From a virus (lineage: Duplodnaviria > Heunggongvirae > Uroviricota > Caudoviricetes): a DNA stretch of 64,000 nt. Within the stretch, counting starts at the first letter, position 1; every line of letters starts with the position of its first letter. The DNA lies in the IMG/VR virus record IMGVR_UViG_2799112330_000002, positions 32,001 to 96,000 of that record; one strand, given 5' to 3'. Of this stretch, positions 48,421 to 56,433 are shown in pieces. The position numbers and the translations under genes are program-made. The notes below the pieces were generated by a model. The model saw only the letters and a program-made list of their open reading frames with translations, was not told the origin of the DNA and did no database searches.

Positions 48421-49713
48421 ATGAAATCACTTATACAATATATTTCAGAAACTGAAAGAATATCATCAATAGATGATTATATACATGAAGCCTTGCAACC
48501 AATTTTAGAAGGTGGTGCTGGTGGTCACATGGCTCATCCTTTTGATTATACTGACTTTACAGCAAACGACTTGATAGAATTAGTTGACTCATTATTTCAA
48601 GGCAAGGTTGAAGACTTAAAAGAAAAACTTGATGGATTCAATATTGAAGCAACAATGAATAATGATGGTCAAGTTGTATTTGTAAGAAATGATGAGGAAC
48701 GAAATTCTGAACAAGGTGGTATTACTATTGATGAAATGTATAAGAAATGGGAAGGCAAAGATCAACAGATAAAAGTATATACATCTTCAGGAAAAGTCAT
48801 TGAACAGATTTTCAAGAAATTCCCTGTTAAGTTTTTCAATCCAGATCCCAATCATCGTAAAATGTATAATTGTGAATGCATAGTTTCAGGACAGACAAAC
48901 ATTATGCCTTATGCTGCTGATAGGGTAGCGTTTCATGGATATAAGATTTATGAAAAGGGAATAGGAACAAAGAAAGGTAAGTTCTTTAATAAGGAAGTTT
49001 GGAATGTTGTTGAAGACGTAGAAGGAAATGTTGATGATATCTATAAAGCTGCTGAAGGAATAGACAAAGCTAAGCCACGTCCTAATTTGGTTATACGTTC
49101 ATTAGAAGATGGAATTAAGTTTGCAAAGAAATTCTCACAAGACATATCTAAATTATGGTCTGATGAAGGATTAGAAAATACTGCTTCTGTGGAAGACTGG
49201 AAAAAGTCTAGATTTAGAAAATTTGCTCCTGCTTGGTGTAAAGATGATGATCGTATATTTAATCGTCTATGCAATGCTGACAAAACAGTCAACTTGAGAT
49301 TATTGAAAAAAGAATATGAAGATCATATTGATGAATTGAATGAGCTTGATAAGAAGGAAGGAAAGAAACTTGTGGGCAAGATCATGGAACCAATGGACAA
49401 TCTTTTCTTATCAATAGGTAATGAACTTATTGATCAACTTGATGGATTCATTAATTCAGGTTCAAAGGAAAAGATTGTAGCTCAATTGAAGGCAGATATG
49501 GAATCAACAGTTAAAGCAGTTGAAGCATCAGATTCTGTTGATGCAAAAGATAAACTTGAAAAATCAATACAACGTCTTCAAGCATTGAATAATAAGTATA
49601 ATGCAGCTGAAGGAATTGTAATAATGTATAAAGGTAGAAGAATGAAATTCACTGGAAGTTTTGCTCCATTGAATGCTGCCTTAGGGACAAGATTTATGTT
49701 AGAAGAAAAATAA
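48421..49713 (+). CDS. leader-bearing ATP-dependent ligase/nucleotidyltransferase-fold protein (DUF6267-like)
   Basis: MKSLIQYISE; EGGAGGHMAHPFD; motif I EKLDG, III E, IIIa FHG, IV EGIV, V MKFTG. Confidence 0.7.
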   Translation: MKSLIQYISETERISSIDDYIHEALQPILEGGAGGHMAHPFDYTDFTANDLIELVDSLFQGKVEDLKEKLDGFNIEATMNNDGQVVFVRNDEERNSEQGGITIDEMYKKWEGKDQQIKVYTSSGKVIEQIFKKFPVKFFNPDPNHRKMYNCECIVSGQTNIMPYAADRVAFHGYKIYEKGIGTKKGKFFNKEVWNVVEDVEGNVDDIYKAAEGIDKAKPRPNLVIRSLEDGIKFAKKFSQDISKLWSDEGLENTASVEDWKKSRFRKFAPAWCKDDDRIFNRLCNADKTVNLRLLKKEYEDHIDELNELDKKEGKKLVGKIMEPMDNLFLSIGNELIDQLDGFINSGSKEKIVAQLKADMESTVKAVEASDSVDAKDKLEKSIQRLQALNNKYNAAEGIVIMYKGRRMKFTGSFAPLNAALGTRFMLEEK

Positions 49714-49727
49714 TAATAAAATAAATT

Positions 49728-50075
49728 ATGAAATCTATAACTCAATATTTAAAGGAAGACAGATTCAGTGATTATGAAAACAAAGCTTCCGAACATATTA
49801 TAAATGTTTTGCAAGATTATGCAGATTTAGAAACTCCAATTGAAAAGAATGATTATGTTATAAAGTTAAATTCAAATATCAAAAAGTCAGATCTTAAAGA
49901 TATAGATAAAGAATTATGTAAAGTACTTGCATCTCATGAAGTTTCTGTAGGATTAAAAAGTCTATCTGTCAATGTATTCAAAGAACCATTACTATCAATA
50001 TCTGAAGTTAATGGAAAATATATTGTTTGCTTAAAGGGCAAAGCAAAGACATACTATGAAAATAATTTTAAATAA
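49728..50075 (+). CDS. leader-bearing protein
   Basis: MKSITQYLKE. Confidence 0.7.
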   Translation: MKSITQYLKEDRFSDYENKASEHIINVLQDYADLETPIEKNDYVIKLNSNIKKSDLKDIDKELCKVLASHEVSVGLKSLSVNVFKEPLLSISEVNGKYIVCLKGKAKTYYENNFK

Positions 50076-50087
50076 ATATTATAAAAC

Positions 50088-50119
50088 AAAAAGGGAGTAA
50101 CTTAAGTTACTCCTTTTTT
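50088..50119. terminator. bidirectional terminator centred on CTTAAG
   Basis: AAAAAGGGAGTAACTTAAGTTACTCCTTTTTT at a convergent junction. Confidence 0.8.
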
Positions 50120-50765
50120 ATGATTGTTCTGCAAAAAGCGATAGTTGTTTAGATTCATTGGCTTTGTCTTCTTGTTTCTTGTTTTGTGTAATGCCTCGTT
50201 GTATCAATGAATTGATGAATTCTCTTGATCCTCTTACACGTTTTGTTCCATTCTCTTCATCCTCTTCAAGATCTTTCTCTTCAAATGTTTTCTCACAATT
50301 CTCTTGCATTTCTTTGAAGATATCTTCTACATCATTTGTAAGTTTGTTTAATTGTGCTTGGATAGATAATGTAGTATTTTGAAGAGATGTCAAAGACTGA
50401 TATAGACTTCCCTTTCCTGCATTTATAGTAATATTTTGAATCAATGAATCTTGTGCAGCCTCATTCACAGAAAGCATTTTCAATAGTCTTCTTATATTAT
50501 TGATCTCTTGACTAATTTTGTTTCTTAGATATGGATGCTCTTCAAGATATTTCTCATCAAAATAATAGTTAGACAAGCGTTCAGTAATCTCTGTTGCTTC
50601 CTGTCTAGCTGCTTCATTAATTTCATCAAGATTCAATATCAATGTTGGATTGTCTAATTCTTCTTCCGCATCATCTATAATTGGGTAATTAGAATCAACA
50701 TAAAGATCATTGATATTGATTTCGTTTTTATTATTAGATAAATTATCCCATTCAATTTCTTTCAT
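50118..50765 (-). CDS. hypothetical protein, possible terminase small subunit (gp16-like)
   Basis: helical LYQSLTSLQ...L followed by RGSREFI, reminiscent of gp16 YEV..L / GST.DL. Confidence 0.45.
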   Translation of the reverse strand: MKEIEWDNLSNNKNEININDLYVDSNYPIIDDAEEELDNPTLILNLDEINEAARQEATEITERLSNYYFDEKYLEEHPYLRNKISQEINNIRRLLKMLSVNEAAQDSLIQNITINAGKGSLYQSLTSLQNTTLSIQAQLNKLTNDVEDIFKEMQENCEKTFEEKDLEEDEENGTKRVRGSREFINSLIQRGITQNKKQEDKANESKQLSLFAEQS

Positions 50766-50909
50766 AATAGAAAAAAGTTGTTAAAATATATAATATTTAA
50801 TATAGTTAATAATAATTTTTTATTTTTAATAAAACTTAAAATTTGTTTTATTTTTAATTATAATTATTGACACACATATAATAAATATATTCAAATATAC
50901 AAAGCTTAA

Positions 50910-52607
50910 ATGGCAAACAAAAAATGTATGGTATTTGAGACCATGAACAATATCAACTCTAGTATGCATATTGTTGAGTCTTCAAATCCAAAAGAAATTC
51001 GTTTAACGGGTGTATTTGGTGTTGCAGGTGTTAAGAATAACAATAATCGTATTTATGACAAGAAAAACTATGGGATGATGGTTGAGTCACTTCAGAAGGT
51101 TATAACTACTGAAGGTTGTCTTGGTGAATTAGAGCATCCAAACTCTATGAACATCAATCTCAATAATGTATCTCATAAGATTGAGTCAATTCAAATGAAT
51201 GAAGATGGTACAGTAGTTGGAACAATAGTATTGCTTGATACTGATAAAGGTAGAAATGCAAAAGCTATTATTGAAGGTGGAGTTCCATTATACATTTCAT
51301 CTCGTGCTGCTGGATCAATTGATGCTTCTGGTCATGTTACATTGACAACTCTTAAGACTTACGATCTAGTTGGTACCCCTGGTTTTAGTCAAGCAAAACT
51401 TAATCTTTCTGAAAATCAGACATTTGAATCTTTGAATGAGTCAATGTGCGTTATATATGAGAATGATGACGAAGGTGATGATCTCTTAGGCGATGATACA
51501 GATGACAAGAAAGAAGAAAAAGATTCTAAAGATGAAAAAGATTCTAAAGAAGAAAAGGATTCTAAAGAAGACAAAGATTCTAAGGATGATGATAAGAAAG
51601 ATGAAGACAAAAAGGATTCTAAAGAAAAAGAAGAAAATAACAAAAATAAAGAAGATAATAACATTACTATGAAAGATGTAAAAGAAGCTATTGATAAACT
51701 AACTGAAAAAGTTGAATCACTTCAAGCCGATTTACATGTAGCTCAAGAAAGCTTAGAGGAAAAAGATCAAAAAATTCAAGAATTAACAGAAAAACTTGAA
51801 AGTAATAAAGTAGATTATCCTGCTATTCAGGAATGGGTAGAAACAGAATTTGCTAATAACTTCAAGAGTGATATCCTTGAATCAGTTGATGAATCAATTA
51901 AAGAATCAGCTGGTAAGAATGATCTTGATTCTATCAAAGAGTGGATTAATGAAGAATTTGCTCCTGTATTAGAAGAGTGGATTACAGAAGAATTCGCTCC
52001 AGAAATACAGAATTGGGTTACAGAAGAATTTGCTCCAGAAGTACAAAACTGGGTATGTGAAGAATTTGCTCCAGAAGTACAAGGATGGATCACAGAAGAA
52101 TTTGCTCCAGAAGTACAAAACTGGGTATGTGAAGAATTTGCTCCAGAAGTACAAGGATGGATCACTGAGGAATTTGCTCCTGTAGTTGATTCTTGGATCA
52201 ATGAGGAATGCATTCCTGAAAATGTAAACAAGATCTTTGAAACTCGTAAGAGTGAAAGTCTTAGTTCAATTGACAGCTTATTAGAAGCTATTGAAGGCAA
52301 CAACAAGCCAAATGAAGCTCTTGAACTACTTAAAGAAAAGCAAGTAGATGAAAAGTATAAAGGTGTCTATGTTGTTGAAAACATGCCAAGTGAATATATG
52401 CCTCAATGGTCAATGGTATCTGAAGCTAAACAACAAGATATCATTAGAAGATCAAAGATGTATGATTTCACAAAACAAGGCGTACTTGAATCATTCTGGG
52501 CTAGTGTAGACTTTACTGAACTTCCAAAGGAAACTATCAATGAAAGCAATGTAGACAGCTATCATGCAAACATTTTCCAGAGAATGAAGTCATTACGTAA
52601 GTTCTAA
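50910..52607 (+). CDS. gp21: prohead protease (gp21-like) fused to scaffold-like acidic repeat domain
   Basis: KNNNNRIY, GELEHP, ISSRAAGS, TYDLVGTPG; long acidic coiled-coil C-terminus; immediately upstream of MCP. Confidence 0.88.
   Translation: MANKKCMVFETMNNINSSMHIVESSNPKEIRLTGVFGVAGVKNNNNRIYDKKNYGMMVESLQKVITTEGCLGELEHPNSMNINLNNVSHKIESIQMNEDGTVVGTIVLLDTDKGRNAKAIIEGGVPLYISSRAAGSIDASGHVTLTTLKTYDLVGTPGFSQAKLNLSENQTFESLNESMCVIYENDDEGDDLLGDDTDDKKEEKDSKDEKDSKEEKDSKEDKDSKDDDKKDEDKKDSKEKEENNKNKEDNNITMKDVKEAIDKLTEKVESLQADLHVAQESLEEKDQKIQELTEKLESNKVDYPAIQEWVETEFANNFKSDILESVDESIKESAGKNDLDSIKEWINEEFAPVLEEWITEEFAPEIQNWVTEEFAPEVQNWVCEEFAPEVQGWITEEFAPEVQNWVCEEFAPEVQGWITEEFAPVVDSWINEECIPENVNKIFETRKSESLSSIDSLLEAIEGNNKPNEALELLKEKQVDEKYKGVYVVENMPSEYMPQWSMVSEAKQQDIIRRSKMYDFTKQGVLESFWASVDFTELPKETINESNVDSYHANIFQRMKSLRKF
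51942..52220 (+). repeat. 36-bp (12-aa) tandem repeat, about 8 units, W[IV]xEEFAPE[VI]Qx
   Basis: GAAGAATTTGCTCCAGAAGTACAA recurring; includes an exact 72-bp duplication. Confidence 0.9.
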
Positions 52608-52743
52608 TAGACCGATTAACACTTAAACATAAGCTTTTAGAAAATTTTATTTTTATATAAAATTAATTGCTTGTATTATAAGTTTTCGTATATACATATA
52701 CAAAAATATAAAATATAACAAATAAATTTTTAATTATAATTTA

Positions 52744-54540
52744 ATGATTACAAATACAAATGGCCAAGAAACATGGTCAAAACTTTTAACTGAACAGTTT
52801 GATATTAAAGATCAAAGTAAGTTAAATTGGGTATCTGAATACGCTGCTATTCATGAAATTCATGAAAGTATGTTAGGTGTAAATGCTACTCCAGCTCAAC
52901 CATCTTTAGTACCAAATATTCCTGCTGAAACTGGTGTAGGTCCTGTTTATTCTACTCCTCTTAACACACACGGTATAGGAAATCCTTATGCTCCAGGTCA
53001 GTTGAGCACTATTTCTGCTAAACCTTCTGATCTTTGGACACAAATGCCAGGATCTGGTGATATTCCAGTATCTACTCTTCCTATGGCATTAAATATTGCT
53101 CTTATGACAATTGGTTTCGAATTACTTCCTGTAGTTCCTGCTAAGGGTCCATGGCAAATGCTTTCTTATATGGACTTCCCATATGCTAACGGTAAGTTAG
53201 GTCGTCCAAATGAAGTAAAGGGTATTGACGGTATCGGGGACAATAGAGAGAACAAACCTCTTTATGTTAAGTTCATGGTAGATGCAGCTCCTATTCTTGA
53301 TGAAGATGGTAATGTAGATGTACAAGCTCAAGAAGCTAGAGATACTGCTATTAAAGCTCTTAAAGCTGCTGCTAAAGAAGAAAAAGAAAATGCTGCTGTT
53401 ACTGTTAGTGGTAATGGTGTTACATTCAATGGTTTCTTCAAGACATTTGGTAGAATGGATGGTGGTATCATCGTAGAAGTTAAGGATTGCAAGAAGGGTA
53501 ATGACAATGCTGCTATTGCTGATCTATTTGATGGAGATGCAGCTGTAACTCTTACTTTAGGTTCTGCTTCTGTTGAATTGCATCATGTTGACTATGCTCA
53601 GACAATGGTTGACTTCGTAGATGGTTTCGCTAACTTTGCAACTGGTAAGAAAGAACCAATGACACGTGCTCAGAATGAAACTGGTACTGGTAATGCTCTT
53701 TCTTTGAGATTGTTCACAAAGTGGGTTGAAATGGGTTCTTATGAAGTAACTGGTTCTGTAACTCGTCAGCAACTTCAGGATCTTCCATTATATGGAGTTG
53801 ATGCTGTTGCTAAGATCATGGAAGCAATGCAGAATGAAATCTCTCAGACAATCAATGCTCGTATCCTTGAACACGTATTCCAACTTGGTGTAACTAATGC
53901 TTTACATCAGAGATTATATCAAGGTGTAGACCTCAACTTACACATGGGTACATCTGATACAAATATGAAAGATACATCTGCTAAAGAATATACAGACGTA
54001 TTTGGTGTTGATCATAAGGAAACTTGGGGAATTATTGCTAACTCAGAAGTCAATACTTCTGCAGAAAACTTACACACACGTCAACGTCGTATCATGAGCC
54101 GTATCCTTGCAGCTGCTAACTTAATCCAGATCACTGGTCGTCGTGGACGCCCAACATGGATTGTAACTAATGGTCAGATTGCTACTGCTCTTCAGGACTG
54201 CGCTGGTTATGTAGTTGCTCCAATGGTTAACGGTATGGTACAGGATGGTTCTAAGGACCTTTACATGGCTGGTTCAGTAGCTGGTCTTAAGGTTTATGTA
54301 GATCCTTACATGGCTTGGGAAGATACACGTATCTGTGTTGGTCGTAAGGGTAATGGTAACGAACCTGGTGCAATCTTCATGCCTTATATCCTTGCTGATA
54401 CAGTATCTATTACTGCTGAGGGTACTATGGCTCCTAAGATGCTTATTAACTCAAGATATGCTATCGTTGATGCTGGTTTCTTCCCAGAAACACAGTATTA
54501 TACATTCGTTGTTGATAGCCCTGAGTTCGGTATCATCTAA
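52744..54540 (+). CDS. gp23: major capsid protein (T4 gp23-like)
   Basis: QLQDL..YGVDA......MQNEISQTIN, AANLI...GRRG, AG.KVYVDPY, VGRKG...PGAIFMPY, PKMLINSRY; highly biased codons. Confidence 0.92.
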   Translation: MITNTNGQETWSKLLTEQFDIKDQSKLNWVSEYAAIHEIHESMLGVNATPAQPSLVPNIPAETGVGPVYSTPLNTHGIGNPYAPGQLSTISAKPSDLWTQMPGSGDIPVSTLPMALNIALMTIGFELLPVVPAKGPWQMLSYMDFPYANGKLGRPNEVKGIDGIGDNRENKPLYVKFMVDAAPILDEDGNVDVQAQEARDTAIKALKAAAKEEKENAAVTVSGNGVTFNGFFKTFGRMDGGIIVEVKDCKKGNDNAAIADLFDGDAAVTLTLGSASVELHHVDYAQTMVDFVDGFANFATGKKEPMTRAQNETGTGNALSLRLFTKWVEMGSYEVTGSVTRQQLQDLPLYGVDAVAKIMEAMQNEISQTINARILEHVFQLGVTNALHQRLYQGVDLNLHMGTSDTNMKDTSAKEYTDVFGVDHKETWGIIANSEVNTSAENLHTRQRRIMSRILAAANLIQITGRRGRPTWIVTNGQIATALQDCAGYVVAPMVNGMVQDGSKDLYMAGSVAGLKVYVDPYMAWEDTRICVGRKGNGNEPGAIFMPYILADTVSITAEGTMAPKMLINSRYAIVDAGFFPETQYYTFVVDSPEFGII

Positions 54541-54611
54541 AAACTCTAATAGATATATAAGCGAAAATATATATTCGCCTCTATATATATTTACAAGTTT
54601 AAATACTTGGG

Positions 54612-54641
54612 AAGAACGGAATTTAGTTCCGTTCTTTTTTT
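54612..54641 (+). terminator. intrinsic terminator after MCP
   Basis: AAGAACGGAA-TTTAG-TTCCGTTCTT-TTTTT. Confidence 0.8.
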
Positions 54642-54681
54642 GTGTATTAATAAATATCTATCTAAATAATAGACTAATCAT

Positions 54682-54712
54682 TTGAATTTTTCTTTATTAT
54701 TTACTATATTAT
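54682..54712 (+). promoter_or_regulatory. putative early promoter TTGAAT-N17-TATATT
   Basis: motif family. Confidence 0.5.
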
Positions 54713-54736
54713 TATTGAACTTAAAATTTATTAGTT

Positions 54737-55459
54737 ATGTTAGTTACAAAGGAATGGATTTCAAAGAATTACGCCAAGTTCAATAAGTTGTATTGGAATG
54801 ATCAACTTCCACACAATCTGAAGTTCAAGCTTTCTAGTGCAAAGAAATCATGGGGTTTTGCAGCATTCAAATATGACTACCCAAACAATACAATTATTCC
54901 TACCGAATTGACTATTTCTAACTATTATGATTCTCCAGAGGAAGTCAAACTGCATACATTACTTCATGAAATGATACATATTGCAGACTACACTTTTCAC
55001 CCTGAGCATTTCATTAAGAATCACCGAGCAGTTCACGGTAGACATTATGACGCTCACGGTTGGTGGTTTTTGAAAGAAGCAGAAAGAATCAATAAGTTTG
55101 GCTGGCATGTATCAAATATTGTAACAAATGAAGAAATAAAAGCTTCTAGACTTTCTGTAAGATCTCAAAGAAGTGAAAGTACAAAGAAAGCCAATGCTAT
55201 CATATGCGTCATCTATGGTACAAACTGCAATTTCTACTTCAAGACAGACGTAAATAAAATTGAAAATGTAAAGAATGCAATTAACCGATATACATTCATT
55301 AAGATTGGAGATATCAAAAAGGTAAAATACTACAAGTTTGACAATAAATCTATGGCAATGAGAAGAAGCTGTTCAAATTCATTAATAGGATGGTTTGCAA
55401 CTTATCAACAAACAATGAACATGCTTCAAAAGATAAAAGCAACAGAAGTAAGATTTTAA
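54737..55459 (+). CDS. SprT-like zinc metalloprotease
   Basis: FNKLYW..L, TLLHEMIH, HGWWF...A.RIN. Confidence 0.85.
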   Translation: MLVTKEWISKNYAKFNKLYWNDQLPHNLKFKLSSAKKSWGFAAFKYDYPNNTIIPTELTISNYYDSPEEVKLHTLLHEMIHIADYTFHPEHFIKNHRAVHGRHYDAHGWWFLKEAERINKFGWHVSNIVTNEEIKASRLSVRSQRSESTKKANAIICVIYGTNCNFYFKTDVNKIENVKNAINRYTFIKIGDIKKVKYYKFDNKSMAMRRSCSNSLIGWFATYQQTMNMLQKIKATEVRF

Positions 55460-55473
55460 AAATATATATAATC

Positions 55474-55752
55474 ATGAAAGAGTTTAAAGTAATTCAGATT
55501 AAAACATCAGAATTTGATGGTCGTATGTATTATGATTCATTTGAATATGTTTCTGGAATTATAACAGATTATCGTGGTAATATTAAAATTACTATATGTG
55601 AAGATGTTCTTGATGCTATGAGATTTAATGATTGGCATGTATTAGATGATCATGAGAAAAAAGTTCGGGACAAATTCTTGGATCTTGTCAAATCATATTT
55701 TCCAAAGAAAGATTATGAAATAACGTATCATACAGTAAAAATAGTTTATTAG
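55474..55752 (+). CDS. hypothetical protein (start refined from track ORF 55390)
   Basis: ATG at 55474 after the SprT stop. Confidence 0.6.
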   Translation: MKEFKVIQIKTSEFDGRMYYDSFEYVSGIITDYRGNIKITICEDVLDAMRFNDWHVLDDHEKKVRDKFLDLVKSYFPKKDYEITYHTVKIVY

Positions 55753-55756
55753 AAAT

Positions 55757-55954
55757 ATGAATACAATTATATCAGCATTAATAGTTACTATTATATTATG
55801 GATGATTACTCGTTTATATATTATCTATAATATGGGTAAGTCAAGTATCAATGAGAATGCTAAAGATGCTATTATGACAATATATTATTTCCTTACAGGA
55901 GTAATTATAGGGCTTAGCATAGGATATATTATTATAACATTCAATAATATATAG
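55757..55954 (+). CDS. small two-TM membrane protein
   Basis: two hydrophobic segments. Confidence 0.6.
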   Translation: MNTIISALIVTIILWMITRLYIIYNMGKSSINENAKDAIMTIYYFLTGVIIGLSIGYIIITFNNI

Positions 55955-55966
55955 TAACAATAACCA

Positions 55967-56275
55967 ATGAGTGATTTACTAGAAGCACTTACCATTCTTT
56001 GGAAGTATATTGCCGGATATCATGAAAAATATCCATTGCATTGCGAGCATGATGTTCTCTTTGTTTGCGGAATTGATTTCTCCATTATGGATCATAAGAC
56101 AATAAAGAAACTTATAGAGTTTGGATTCATACCTGGGATTGATGATGATTGGGATACTGTAGAGGCAATGCTTGGCAAGAATTTTGATTGGGATGATATG
56201 ACTGAAGAAGAATGGAAGAAAATTTCCCCAAACATTACCGCTTGCATGCATTCTTATAGATACGGTAGTTGTTGA
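55967..56275 (+). CDS. conserved phage hypothetical protein
   Basis: DLLEAL.IL.KY..P.HCEHD.L...SYRYGSC. Confidence 0.7.
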   Translation: MSDLLEALTILWKYIAGYHEKYPLHCEHDVLFVCGIDFSIMDHKTIKKLIEFGFIPGIDDDWDTVEAMLGKNFDWDDMTEEEWKKISPNITACMHSYRYGSC

Positions 56276-56433
56276 ATATACTTATTCTATATTATATTTT
56301 AACTTGAATACTTTGTCAATAAAGATAAAGTATTCTTTTTGTGTATTTATTGGCATTAAAAAGTTTTATTTTTAATTATAAAATTGGAAAACGCAAAAAA
56401 ATAATAAATATATACAAAAAGATAAATTATAAA

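Noticed and set aside
35996-50075. Leader as a Sec/lipoprotein signal peptide or RiPP leader
   Set aside because: There is no hydrophobic core, lipobox or double-Gly, and no modifying enzymes or transporter. The Glu-terminated 10-mer fits the T4 capsid-targeting pattern much better.
35996-50075. True integron with attC sites
   Set aside because: No tyrosine recombinase and no common palindromic attC-like site between cassettes; the repeats are junction-specific.
51942-52220. 36-bp repeats resembling a CRISPR array
   Set aside because: They are contiguous in-frame coding repeats with no unique spacers, and no cas operon is present.
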